From contig NC_087437.1 in assembly GCF_036321535.1 (NCBI RefSeq), positions 2,728,001-2,792,000 of the forward strand: 64,000 nucleotides of DNA, in the 5' to 3' direction. Under the pieces are notes generated by a model that saw only the letters and a list, made by a program, of their open reading frames with translations, did no database searches and was not told the origin of the DNA. Positions 12,892 through 25,727 of this stretch are shown here, in pieces. Positions within the stretch are counted from its first letter, which is position 1. Every line of letters begins with the position of its first letter. The position numbers and the translations under genes are program-made. Origin of the DNA: Camelus dromedarius (lineage: Eukaryota).

Positions 12892-15649
12892 CCACAACAC
12901 CCCTCTCCAAAAAAACCAGAAAGAGTGGAGCCTGGGTATCTAACTTCGACCTGCAAAATTCTTTCATAGAAAAATAGGCTTAGTTCCCCAAAATCAACAG
13001 TATATCAATAAATTATGCTGTTCATAAATTGAAAAAACACTTAAGACACCCGACACACTAACAATCCAGCAACAGCAGAAATCTCACTTGTTAGTTTCTG
13101 ACTTTACAACTTCTGTGCAAATTTCCAACTGAAATTCTTCTAATCCTGAAGAGCTTTGCATGAGAGAAAACACCTTTTTTTTTTTTTTACATTTTTACAT
13201 TTCCCTTACTTTGAAGATGAAAGAACAGCCTGCATATGAGAATCAGCAAAATGAAATTCAATGTCAATTACTGAATTTCTTTCAACAGAAGAATGGGTCA
13301 GCAGGAAAAAACAAACAAACAAAAACTCCATAAGCTAAGCGTGGACCCTAACATCAGAAATGACAGAGCTACTTCTACTGAAAAGGACGTTTACTAGTGT
13401 TCATATTAATCTAGTAGCATTAGGAATAAAGGTTAGCCAATCATAGTAGTAAGATTTCTACTTCATTAAGACACCCTCTTACAGAATATTTACATAGCAT
13501 CAGTGCACACTGGGTTTGAGCAAGTCCAAGCTACTTAGGATACGGTTTGCAATTTGCATATGGTTTCCAAAAGAAGTGCATTAACACTCAAGATCTGACA
13601 TCGAAGAATTACACTGAGTGATGCTTCACACCACCTCCGGTTACAGACACTGTGCAGCCTCACGGACTGAACTCACTACCCGTGAGGCTGTGGTTCTGTA
13701 TTAAATGCATTTCATTCCCCGTCCCCTCAAGAAGATCCACACTTCAGTTTTTACAACAGATGTCCAAAACATCTATTAAAGTTCAAATTCCCCTTTTTTT
13801 AAGAGGTTTTCTAAATTAGCCCTATTCTGACCCAATGCCACAGCCCTGATTTCGAGCTGGTCATGATGGTTGTTCAGCTACTCCAGCCCTGAGGGGGGGT
13901 TCTGGCTTTCAGTTGTCCGGGCTCCCCTAAGTTCCCTGTGGGCAGTGTGGGGACCAGCCTCTCATCCCCAACCTCTGTGGGACACGCTGCACTCACTCAC
14001 GGGGTGTCTGATTCTGCAGAGCCAGTGTTTCCAGAGCAGGGCTTGGAACTGGTGCCCAGCCCACCCCATGCCTGGCCTCCTGCACTGGGTTAGGGAGCCA
14101 GCCCCCGCCAGCCCCCAGCACCCAGCTTATATCCACCAGGCTGGGTGAAAGCATGTTGCTTATTAGTCAATCCCAACAAAAGTGAGTGATGCAAGACAGA
14201 TTACTGGGGACTGAATAAGGCGGGCAGCAAATGGCCCTCTTATTCTGCTTCTGTGTGGAGATGCTTCCTTCCCACTGGCCGTCCAGTGTTCCGGGAGGGT
14301 TGGGATACAGGAGGCAGCCCCCAGGCCCTGTCCTGGGCACGCACATTTCCCAGGACACACACAACTGATGCATGTGCCCAGAAGAAATGCTTCCCTCCAG
14401 CCCTGAGCCTCCCTCTCCCTTGATGTTAATTGGGTGGAATTACCCCCGCCCCCTCCTGAGAGCCCAACAAACACACTAATCCACCAAAACGGTGTCTTCT
14501 GTGCAGGTCCTGAGATGGACCATCAGAGGAAGGATGGAAACATTGCTGGTCTGGGGCAGGTTGAGGGGCCGGGGGGGGGGGGGGGAGTCGAGGAAGGGGG
14601 TTTCAAGTTCAAGGATGGCTATGTTGAAGCACTCCCTTCAACCACCTCTTTCACCCATTTCCCCAGAAGCTCAGGATCTGTGCTTCCCAGAGCAGCAGGG
14701 CAGAGCAGGGGGTCCATGAGTAAACCCAGGATGCCCAGGGAAAGCAGGAACGCTGTCACTCTCCCACCTGTAACTCTTCACTGCTGCCCGACAGAAAGGC
14801 TATGGACAAAGAGCTAGGAGCATCCGCGGTGGGGGCCCACCCCTCAGAGGGTAGGGGAGTGGGTGGGTCACTTGGGTCCTGGGGACTCTTGCACACAGGT
14901 TCCATCTTAACTGGAATGATGGATTCAGCTGAGCAGCAGTTGCTCCATCGTCCTTGGGGCCTGGGCTCCTGGGTTCCTGTTGCCTCTAGCTGTGGTCTGA
15001 CGGATGTCAGGCAACCAGACTCCTCTGGTCTTCATTTCATAAAGCAATTTTCACAAGCAATGAAAGCCCTCTCTGGGGGGCAGCTTTTGCAACAGGAAAT
15101 GGCAAAGGCTTCAGCAGAGAAATGGAGTCAATGATCGGTAAATCCGTTTTTTTTTTTTTTTTTTTCAAAAAAGAACATAATTTAACATCTTTATTCTCTT
15201 ACCGATTACATATGTTGTGGCACCAGGGTGAGAGCCCTTCCCCGGCGGGGGCGGGGGGCTGGCACACAGGCACGGTTTGCCTGGTGCCACCCGCCAAGAT
15301 CCCCCTTGGCTGTCACCCTCCAAAGCCTGGTCCCGCAGTCTCAGCGTTGATGCCCTGGCTCCCTTTGCAGGTGGCACTGAAAACACTACTTCACAGGGAG
15401 CTTGTCATTCTTTTTAAAACCTCCAGTGTAAGGACGAGCCCCTACCCGTGGGGTTTTCCCCGTTTCCTTCTCACAGCAGCCAGCGTTTGGGGCCCTTGCA
15501 CATGATTTCATCTACTGCTTTCAGGGAAGGGTGCATGTGGTATTCACAGCACAACTGCACCCATGAGGATGTGCTGCTGCCCAGAACAGTTTTCCAAGAT
15601 TCAAGACGACAATTTTAGTTAAGCCAAGAACTCCTATGTGACTTTGCAG

Positions 15650-16125
15650 TTCGACTCCCAAAGAATCCAGAACAGAGACTCAAAACAAGTACACACACAC
15701 CCGTGTTCCCTGCAGCATATTCACACTTGCCAAAGGGTGGAGACCACACAACTGTCCATCAAAAGATGATGGATAAAAAAAATGTGGCAAATACACACAC
15801 GGACTATTGTTGAGCCATAAAAAGGAGAGAAACGCTGACACCTTTACAACGTGAATGAGCCCGGAAGACACTACAGCCAGAGAGAGAAGCCCGGCACAAA
15901 GTGCCACATAACGTCTCATTCCACGCAGGTATAGGTAAACCCACAGACTGGTGGTGGCCAAGGAAGGGCCGGTGGGGAGAAACAGTTCACAGGGGTGAAG
16001 GGTCACCCTTTTGAGTGAAGGACATGATTTTGGAAGCAGGTGGGAAGTCGCACATTGTGAATATACTGAATATTAACTTTAAAATGGTTTGTTTTACGTT
16101 ATGGGAATTTCAATTTCAATAAATT
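15650..16125 (+). mobile_element. Old L1 (L1MB-like) 3' end fragment (mirror ~60136-60611)
   Basis: Degenerate ORF2 C-terminus and 3'UTR motifs: 'tgtccatcaaaagatgatggataaaaaaaatgtggc', 'cacattgtgaatatactgaa', 'tcaataaa'. Confidence 0.75.
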
Positions 16126-17915
16126 ATTCTTTAAACGAACTTCTCCGCTTCTCTCTCCTACGTAGCCATGCCCACAACAGCCTGAGCGGGCGGTGCCGCC
16201 GGAGGGCTCTGCGTCTGGAACCCCACAGTTATGTGAGCTGCCAGGTCCTCACTCCTGTGACTCCGGGCAGAGCCGCTGAAGCCCCGTCTTTGGGAGCAGG
16301 ATGGGTGTCCTCTCCCCAGGGGCTCACACGCACACCTCACCTGCTGGGTCACTGGATATGACTGGAAACCGCGGGCTCCTCTGTGCACGCACGGCCTCCC
16401 GTCCCTCCTGCGCGCACGGCCAGGGCCAAGCACCTCCCAGCGAGTCCGCGCACTCAGCCACGCACGTGTACACAGCCAGGGGGTGGTCTGCAATCGAGGT
16501 CACGGAGAGGACGTGACCGCCAGTCGACCCAGAGCTGACCCGGGCGTTCGGAGGCTCCTCGCACCTCCCCTGTGCGGTGAGCGGACGGTCCACCCGGGGG
16601 TCCCCAGAGCGCAACTTTGGGAGAGGTGATGTGGTGCTGCGACATCTCTACCGTCACGCGGCTGAACCCCAGCAAGGCCTCCAGGGGAACAGGACGATGC
16701 TGGCGGGTGGCGCGGAGATCTGCTCACTTGGCGGCACCCAGGACACGCCTTGTAGGTGAATCCCTCTGGAGGGACCTGCCCCTTCTTCTGCACCTCCCCG
16801 CCCACTGGGGACCCAGCCAATTTCAGGTTTCACCCTGGAAGCTCCCCAGATTGCGAACCAGCACAGCTCCGGCCCTAACCCACCTCTCCCTCCCTGGGAG
16901 CCCCAGAGCCCTGAAGAAGCCTTAAGTTGTAAACAATAACAGTACAATAATAATACAATAGGATGGCTGTGGGGGAGGGACAGACAAGTTTTACGGGGTC
17001 TAGGAAAGAGAAAAAGACTGAGCCTGTGGGCAGAGGCAGCCTCTGCCCCGGGGCACCCCACTCCACAGTGCAGGGTGGCCGCTGGGCTGAGAGGAGGTGC
17101 CTCACAGGACTCTTCAGCCCCTATTCCCACCCCGCACCCACCGAGGGAGGGGAGTGGCATTTGTCATTTCCAAGTTCAAGTTTTCCAAGTCAGGTGGGCA
17201 TCCCCCGCCCAACAGGGGAGAGTGGAATAAAAAGATGGGGGAACTTGGACCCCTGAGCCCCCCAGTGTGGTGAAGCCCCTGAGCAACGAGCAGTCAGTGA
17301 AATGCTCAGTGAGAAGAGGTCACTACATAATACTACATTCATAACAGGCAAATCATAAATAAAGCATCACACAAATGAGTATAAACACAAACACAAACAA
17401 TAAAAAAGGGCAGGGCCCTCATGTGTGGGTGACACAGCAAAGCCAGGAGCCATTTCACAGGGACTCTGACACCTACCCTTGTGTCCCCGCTGCTCACTGA
17501 CTGAACTACAAACATTTAGCAAGAAAACCCTATAAATTTATATGCGAACTGTCATTAGCAGTAATCACACTCTAGTCTAATCCCTCTGAACAAGGTTGGT
17601 CTCATTCTTTTATATTCCCTAAATACCTATTAGAATGTTCTACCTACATGGCAAAATACTGAGATGAATGTAAAGACTAGTTAATGATGCAAGCTAATTT
17701 TGAAATTAAACTTTCTGAATTGAAGTGTATTACTGCTTGCCTGTTTCATTACTAACACCAAGATAAATCTTAAAATCTTTATGTATCCAAATGAGTCAAA
17801 TGAGAACAAGTGGTAGGTTAAATCATTCATATACATACAGGACCAGAGAAATCACACAAAAGACAGCTTGTCACAAAGATCAAAGACACAAAAGCAAACA
17901 AAAAAACTGACCTTA

Positions 17916-18542
17916 TATTAGAGCAGGCAGATGGCTAAGACATGAGCAGAGAAAGGGGGACACAGCCCAAATGGCAGGAATTGGGCAGAAAAGAGGGGCA
18001 AATTCAGGAAACCCTACATCATGTAAACAACAGGGGTCCCTGGGCAGAGAAAGAAAAGCAGGACCCTCCGGGCTGATTGTGGTCACATATTTTGAGATGA
18101 CAAGTGGCCTGGAGGCCAACAAAGAAAGGTGGGGAAAGACAGGACTTTTCAGTGTCCCGATGTAACCTTTTGCTCATTATGCCCTCATTTCAATAAAATT
18201 AGCCTTGCAGATTGGAAGTACCCATCATGCACTGATACTTCCAATCCGGACTAAGTAAGGACAAAATCCCTTCCCACCTTGGGAAGGTGGAGCTGGGATG
18301 AAAATCAGGGAATACGACCCCAAAGCCTTCCCTCCCAATGAATATTCTGCCCATTCATTTTTACACCCTATGTAATCAACTTGCCAAAGAAACACAGGGC
18401 AGCCGCTCACCGGAGCCTGCCCGCTCTCCCCTTGAGAGTGTGCTATCCATCCCTTAATAAATCCCTACCTGACTTTCTTAACTTCTGCGTCCCATCTCTG
18501 AATTCTTTCTGTGACAGGACAAGAACCTAGTCACTGGCAACA
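17916..18542 (+). mobile_element. ERV solo LTR (mirror 57719-58345)
   Basis: Ends 'gacaagaacctagtcactggcaaca', internal 'cttaataaa', flanks ctta/ctga (1 mismatch). Confidence 0.65.
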
Positions 18543-18833
18543 CTGAAAGTAAGTCTGCTCTTACTACATTTTCAAAAACAGCCACATATTACATCAGATA
18601 ATTAAGGTTACAAAAATACGACATACTAACTTCATATGACATTTAAGCTTCAGACAGAAAAGAACTTCTTTAGAAATAAAATTACAAAGCATCTCATCAA
18701 TAAAGACAGTTTAAAACTTCTTTTAAAAGGTATAAAACTTGGTCATCTTAAAAGGAAAACATTTCAAATCCATGTCTTACATATCATAATCCAAAAATCA
18801 GACATATCAATTACTTACAGCCCAGAGTGTTAC

Positions 18834-18951
18834 CTGTCCAACCAGTATAAGCAGAGCAATCATGGGGACCAGCTGTCTTCCGCCCTTCTTCCATCTGCTG
18901 TAGAAGATCCTTCATTTTGGTCTGGATCCGCTTTGTGAAATGATGAATGAT
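18834..18951 (-). pseudogene. LANCL2: Isolated LANCL2 exon 2, left-arm copy
   Basis: 118 bp with AG/GT boundaries. Translates IIHHFTKRIQTKMKDLLQQMEEGRKTAGPHDCSAYTGWTG versus recalled LANCL2 IIHNFIRRIQTKIKDLLQQMEEGLKTADPHDCSAYTGWTG. Exons 1 and 3 not found in the window. Confidence 0.88.
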
Positions 18952-19000
18952 CTGAGAACCAAAAGAAGACAGACATTTAAATTGCACAGGAATAGGATAG

Positions 19001-19156
19001 GGTGGGGGAGGGTATCTCTCAGTGGTAGAGTGCTTGCTTAGCAAGCATGAGGTCCTGGGTTCAATCCCCAGTACCTCCATCAAAAAAACTAACTAAATAA
19101 ATAAACCTAAGTACCACCCCCTCCGCCCTGCAAAATAAATAGATAGATAGATAGAT

Positions 19157-19246
<90 letters not shown>

Positions 19247-19260
19247 GATAGAATAAAATA
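19001..19260 (+). mobile_element. tRNA-derived SINE with tail expanded into (ATAG)5(AAAG)22 (mirror ~57009-57260)
   Basis: gggggagggtatctctcagtggtagagtgcttgcttagc...gggttcaatccccagtacctcc; TSD gaataggata at 18990-18999 and 19261-19270. Confidence 0.9.
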
Positions 19261-19568
19261 GAATAGGATAATACTGTAGCAAATACTTCAACTAACAGTC
19301 TAAGTGGTAAAAACAGACAGAAATTAATTGGCCCACTTGAATGCTTCATTGATTGGAGGGAGTCTGCCTTGCTTTTACAGGGTAAGTTTTAAAATGAGAT
19401 AACACCCTGAATGAACTGTAAGTCATCAGTAGAATCACGGAAAATAAGTTGCAGAAACCAAACGAAAAAAACAAGGAAAAAAAAAAAGAGGTGGATTTGA
19501 CTACACAAATATTATAACAAGTTAAAGAACGTAAGAAGGATGGTTTAAAAGTTAATGACAAGGGGAAA

Positions 19569-20730
19569 CAAATGGGACCTAATGGAACTTACAAGCTTCT
19601 GCACAGCAAAGGAAACCATAAGTAAAACAAAAAGGCAACCTATGGAATGGGAGAAAATTTTTGCAAATGAAACCGACAAAGGCTTGATCTCCAGAATATA
19701 TAAGCAGCTCATACGACTCAATAAGAAAAAAATAAACAACCCAATCCAAAAATGGGCAGAAGACCTAAACAAGCAATTCTCCAAGGAAGACATACAAATG
19801 ATCAATAGACACATGAAAAAATGCTCAATATCACTAATTATCAGAGAAATGCAAACCAAAACTACAATGAGGTATCACCTCACACCAGTCAGACTGGCCA
19901 TCATTCAAAAGTCCACAAATGACAAATGCTGGAGAGGCTGTGGAGAAAAGGGGAACCCTCCTACACTGCTGGTGGGAATGCATTTTGGTGCAGCCACTGT
20001 GGAAAACAGTATGGAGATTCCTCAAAAGACTAGGAATAGACTTACCATATGACCCAGGAATCCCGCTCCTGGGCATATATCCAGAAGGAACCCTACTTCA
20101 GGATGACACCTGCACCCCAATGTTCATAGCAGCATTATTTACAATAGCCAAGACATGGAAACAGCCTAAATGTCCATCAACGGATGACTGGATAAAGATG
20201 TGGTGTATTTATACAATGGAATACTACTCAGCCATAAAAACTGACAACATAACGTCATTTGCAGCAACATGGATGTTCCTGGAGAATGTCATTCTAAGTG
20301 AAGTAAGCCAGAAAGAGAAAGAAAAACACCTTATGAGATTGCTCATATGTGGAATCTAAAAAACAAAAAACAAAAAACAAACAAACAAAAAAAACCCAAA
20401 CAAAGCATAAATACAAAACAGAAATAGACTCATAGATATAGAATACAAACTTGTGGTTGCCAACGAGGCGGGGGGTGGGTACAGATAGACTGGGATTTCA
20501 AAATTGTAGAATAGATAAACAACATTATACTGTGTAGCACAGGGAAATATATACAAGATCTTATGGTAGCTCACAGTGAAAAAAAATGTTACAAGGAGTA
20601 TATGTATGTTCGTGTATAACTGAAAAATTGTGCTCTACACTGGAATTTGACACAACATTGTAAAATGATTATAAATCAATAAAAAATGTTAAAATAAATA
20701 AATACATAAAAAAAATTTTAAAAAGGAAAA
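19569..20730 (+). mobile_element. Relatively young 5'-truncated L1 (ORF2 C-terminus + 3'UTR + A tail); mirror 55541-56702
   Basis: ORFs 19555-20052 and 19919-20359 are L1 ORF2 C-terminal peptide split by a frameshift ([33 protein letters not shown]). TSD aaaagttaatgacaaggggaaa on both sides. Confidence 0.93.
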
Positions 20731-21764
20731 AAAGTTAATGACAAGGGGAAATATTTGCAAATATAAAATATAAATAAAGGAAAACTATAACAATACACCT
20801 AAAATTAGCAATGTACTCCATTTAAAAAAATCAAACATATGCAAAAATGTTCAATCACTTAGCAGTTAATGAAATGCAAATAAGTACAAGTACTAACCCT
20901 TGCCTATCAGAGCAACAAATAAAAAATTAAAAAATATTAAGTCCCAAGGCTGCTAGGAGCTAAGGAAACAGGTATTTTTGTTCATTGCTAGTGATCTTTC
21001 TCAAGGGAAATTTGCCAACATTCTTAAACATGTAGCTGACAGTGTGTCCAGATTTTTCTGCCTTTGATGATTTTTGAAAACTCCAGCTGCTACATCAGTA
21101 CCTGACATGTAGCAAAATCTCCAGTTGTGCTTATGAAACTGTCTCTCCGTTTAATTCTGCCTAATTTTTCCTCTATGCATTTGCATTTCTGTTATTTGGC
21201 ATAGATAAATTTACATTTTCCTGACAGATTTTATCATAAAGAAACGTCCCTCTGTGGGACTATAGGGAAAATGTTCTCACTACTGCATAGTTTGGGCTGT
21301 CAGGGCAAACTTTACAGAAATTTGGGATTCTGAGCTAAAGCAACCTTAACAATTAGTTACAATTGTATGTACATGCTGTGAAAGCTCCAGAGGTTTTCTT
21401 AACCCTGGAGGGATGTGTCTACATTTCTGAAAATTGAAAACAAATGGGCCTGTCTTTTTCAGAGAGATTTATTTATTCCAAAGACTTACACATTTCCAGG
21501 GAAACTCTCTCAGAAAGGGAAAGAGAGACAGTTGCCCCTTCCCCCTTTGTAAAAAGCACAGAAAACTTATTTTTCTTCATCCCTTGAGTACAGTACAGAG
21601 TTTGTGTATGTAGGATATTTGACTTCCATTGCCCCATAGGTGAGACCTGGGACTCAGGGAACCACACACTGGTTATTTTCTGTCTGGTAAATCAAGAAAT
21701 CAATGATCCAGAAACCTCTTCTGTACATTCAAGAAAAAATTAACAAGTGCAAATATTAAAACTT

Positions 21765-24700
21765 CCACTGGCATGGCATCAGCACCACGGTGGTGCACTG
21801 CATCCTTTGTTTCGTCCGCCCCTTTAAGAACAGAAAATAGGCATCATCCATGAACACAAGTGCCGCCCAGCACCTCACCCCAGGGACCCACGGCAAGTCT
21901 AGCACCGGGTAATAAGCAGACAGACTTCAGCACCAGCTGTGAAACCTACAGGAGACTGAACCGGTTCCAGCTCCTCTCAGCTACAGTGGGAGTGCAGGCC
22001 GAGCAGGGACTCAGGCAGTCACCTTCAGATGAGAGAGCCTCTGTGGAAGCCCAGATTTCCAGAGGAGAAGGACCAACACTCCACTGGAGGGAACAAAAAG
22101 GAGTTTGGATGGAATGGGTAAGTGGAACAGCATGTCTCTACCTGCACCACCTAAGGTTACAGGTATGGCGTCTGGCTAAGTAGATGCCAGTGGCTTCTCC
22201 TGCAGGGGACAGGGAGAGTCACCAACAGAATGCCCGGTTTCTAAATCTGTGTGGGACTCTACTGAAGAGACTCCTTTCTCTCATTTCTCACCATGCATCC
22301 AGAGCACTGCAGAGGGAGTCCATGACTGGGGAGAGGGAGCAAATCATGAGAAGAGCATATGAGACTCCCAGAGGGCATTAAATGAGTGCAGTTCCTGCTG
22401 GTGTGTTCTGGACTCCATCAGGTGCATGAAAACTCAAGGAGACGTGACATCACCACAAGATCGCAATAATCCCCCAGTAACCAAACCCAAACATGAAAAT
22501 CTAATATTTACACAATAAAGGATTCAAAATAGCTGTTTTAAGGAAACTCAATAGGCTACAAAATACAAACAAACAAAACACAAAAAGATGATTTAATGAA
22601 ATAAACACTACACAATCAAAATGAGAAATATAACAAAGAAACAGAAATCATTAAAAAAAAAACAAAAGAAAATTCTGGAGCTTAAGAATTTAATGAAGTG
22701 GAAAATGCAATAGAGCATCAAAAGTAGAGCAGACCACATCGAAGATAACGTCAATGAGACAGGAACTTGGAAATAATCCAGTCTCAAGAGAAAAAAAGGA
22801 AAAAAAAAATGATAAAGAGTGAAGACGCCTACAGGATCTATGAGACATCTTCAAAAGAGCAAAATCCAAATCATTAGAGTTCCAGAAGGAAAAGTAAGGA
22901 AGAAAGAGGACAGAATATTTATTTAAAGAAATAATAGTTAAGAACTTGCCAAACCTGGGAAGAGTCTTGGACACAGACTTCATGAAGCTAATAAATAGAT
23001 TATCCCATTATCTCAACCTGAAATGTCCTCTCGAAGACATATTATAATAAAACTGTCAAAAATCAAACACTTTAAAAAGAGAAACCTAAAGGCAGCAAGA
23101 GAAAAGATGACTGTAACCTACAAAGGAACCCAAAGTGGGGTGTCAGTGAATTTCTCAGCAGAAATCTTACAGCTCAGGAGAGAGTGGGATGATATATTCA
23201 AAGTGATGAAAGAAAGAAAAAAAACTCAACCAAAAATACTCCATCTGGCAAAGTCATCCTTCAGAAAAGAAGGAGAAATAAAGACTTTCCCAGACAAGAC
23301 AAAAAAAAAAAAAAAAAAGCTGATATAATTCATCACCAACAGAAATGTCTAACAAGAAATGCTAAAAAGAAGTTCTTAAAGCTGAAATGAAAGGAGGCTA
23401 ACTAGTAACATGAAACATATACACTGATGAAGATAAATATATAGTCAAACTTAGAAAACTCTAATATGATGGTGTGTTAAAACTTAACTCTAGTACAAAG
23501 GTTAGAACAAGACTATAGAAAATAACTATAGCTACTATAATTTGCTAATGAATACCCAATACAAAAAGAGGCAAACTGTGACATAAAAACATAAAAGAGG
23601 TAGTAGGAATAAAAGAGTAAAGATTTGTATGTGATTGAAGTTAAGCTGTTATCAGAGTAACAGACTGTTTCATCTACAAGATGTTTTATGTAAGTCTCAT
23701 TATAACCACAAAGCAAAAAATCTGAGTAGGCTCACAAAAGATGAAGACGAGGAAATCAGAGGTGCACAATGGAGGGAAATCACCAATTCACAACGGAATG
23801 TAGAAAGAGTCAAAAAGGAAAGGAATTAACAATTGGAAATATATATATGCACTCAACACCAGGGCACCCGAATATATTAAGGAAATACTAACAGAGCGAA
23901 AAGGAGAAATAGACAACAATACGCTAATAGGGGACTTCAATACCATACTGTCAGCAATGGATAGGTCATCCAGACAGAAAATCAATAAAGAACACTGGAC
24001 TTGAATCATACGTTAGACCAAATAGACCCAATGGACATAGATAAGACACCCCATCCAACAAGAGAATATACAACAGAATTCTGTACATACAGAGTATTCT
24101 TAAGGATAGATCATATGACAGGGCACAGACCAAGTCTTAGCAAATTTAAAAGGTTGAAATCACACCAAGTATCTTTACTGATACTGGTATAAAAGTGGAA
24201 ATCAAAAACAGGAAAATGGAAAACCCACATATATGAGGAAATTAAATGACACACTCCTGAACAACCAACAAGTCAAAGAAATCACAAGGGAAATCAAACA
24301 GTATGTTGAATCAAATGAAATGTGAGCACATACCAAAACTATGGGATGCTGCAAAAGCAGTTCTAAGAGGGAAGTTTACAGTGATACATGCCTACAGTAA
24401 GGAAAAAGGAAGATCTTCAATAAATAACCTAGCTTTACAACTCAAAGAACTAGAAAAAGAATAAACCAACCCCAAAGTTAGCATAAGAAAGGACATAACA
24501 AAGATCACAGCAGAAATACATGAAATAGAAACCAGAGAAATAATAGAAAAGATCAACAAAACTAAGAACTGTTTTTTAAAATAAAACCTATAGGTAGACT
24601 AAGAAAAAGAAAACTCAATAAATAGAAACAGAAGTGATACCACAGAAATACAGTTGACTCCTGAACAGCACAGACGTGAAATGCATGGGTCCACTTATAT

Positions 24701-25727
24701 GCAAATAGTAACAGCACAGTAGTAAATACTACAGCGCTACAAGGTCCATGGCTGGTTGAATTCAGGGATGTGGAGGAACTAAGAATACAGAGGACCGACT
24801 ATAAATTCTACATGGATTAATCCCTGAGTTGTTCAAGGGTCAACTGTACAAAGTATCATGAGAGAGTACTATGAACAATTATATATAACAAAATGGATAA
24901 CCTAGAAAAAATAAATCCCTAGAAACATACAACTAACCAAGGCATAAATCAGGAAGAAATGAAAAATAAGAGTAGACCAATAATGGATAAGGAGATTGAA
25001 TCAGTAATCCAAAACCTCCCAAAAAAGAAAACCCCACACAAGTTGGTTTCACTGGTGAAGTCCATCAAACATTTAAAGAGTAATTAACACCAATCTTTTT
25101 CAAACTCTTCCCAACAATTGAAGAGGAGGGAACACTCCCAAATACAAGACCAGCAGGACCCTGATACCAAAGCCAGATAAGGACACTCTAGGAAACAAAA
25201 CCTTCACACCAATATCCCTGATGAACACGGATGCAAAAGTTCTCAACAAAATATCAGCAAACTGCATTCCAAAATATATTAAAAGGATCTTACACCATGA
25301 TCAAGTGGGATTTAACCCTGGGATGCAAGAATGATTCAATACATGCAAATCAATACATGTGACATATCATGTTAACAGAACATGAGATAAAAATCCTATG
25401 ATCCCCTCAACAGATGCAGAAAAAGCATTTGACAAAAAACAACATCCTTTCATGACTAAACTCTCAGCAAACTGGTTCTAGAAGGAACACATCTTAACAT
25501 CATAAAGGCCATATACTACATGGCTACAACTAACTTCATACTCAGTGCTGAAAGGTTGAAAGCTTTTCCCCTAAGATCAGAACCAAGACAAGGGTGCCCA
25601 CTCTTACCACTCTTGTTCAACATAGTACTAGAAGTCCTGGCTAGAATACAATCAGGCAAAATAAAGAAATACAAGGTATTTAACTCAGAAAGGAAGAAGT
25701 AAAACTATCTATACCTACAGACATGAT
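21765..25727 (+). mobile_element. Old degenerate L1 (5'UTR, ORF1, 5' part of ORF2), left-arm copy, cut by the large insertion
   Basis: ORF1-like (RHIIIKLSK...LKAAREK, WDDIFKVMKE) and RT-like ([27 protein letters not shown]) remnants with many stops. Confidence 0.88.
24651..24846. mobile_element. Non-autonomous Tigger2-like DNA transposon nested in the L1 (mirror 51425-51620)
   Basis: TIRs cagttgactcctgaaca / tgttcaagggtcaactg with TA target duplication on both sides. Confidence 0.85.

Noticed and set aside
16480..16930. Coding-looking CpG-rich ORFs
   Set aside because: No recognisable protein family or convincing splice pair; left unassigned.
19061..19349. FFLS-repeat hydrophobic ORFs
   Set aside because: Translation of the AAAG/ATAG microsatellite.
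19555..20359. 165-aa and 146-aa ORFs as a host gene
   Set aside because: Frameshifted C-terminal part of L1 ORF2 in a truncated element.
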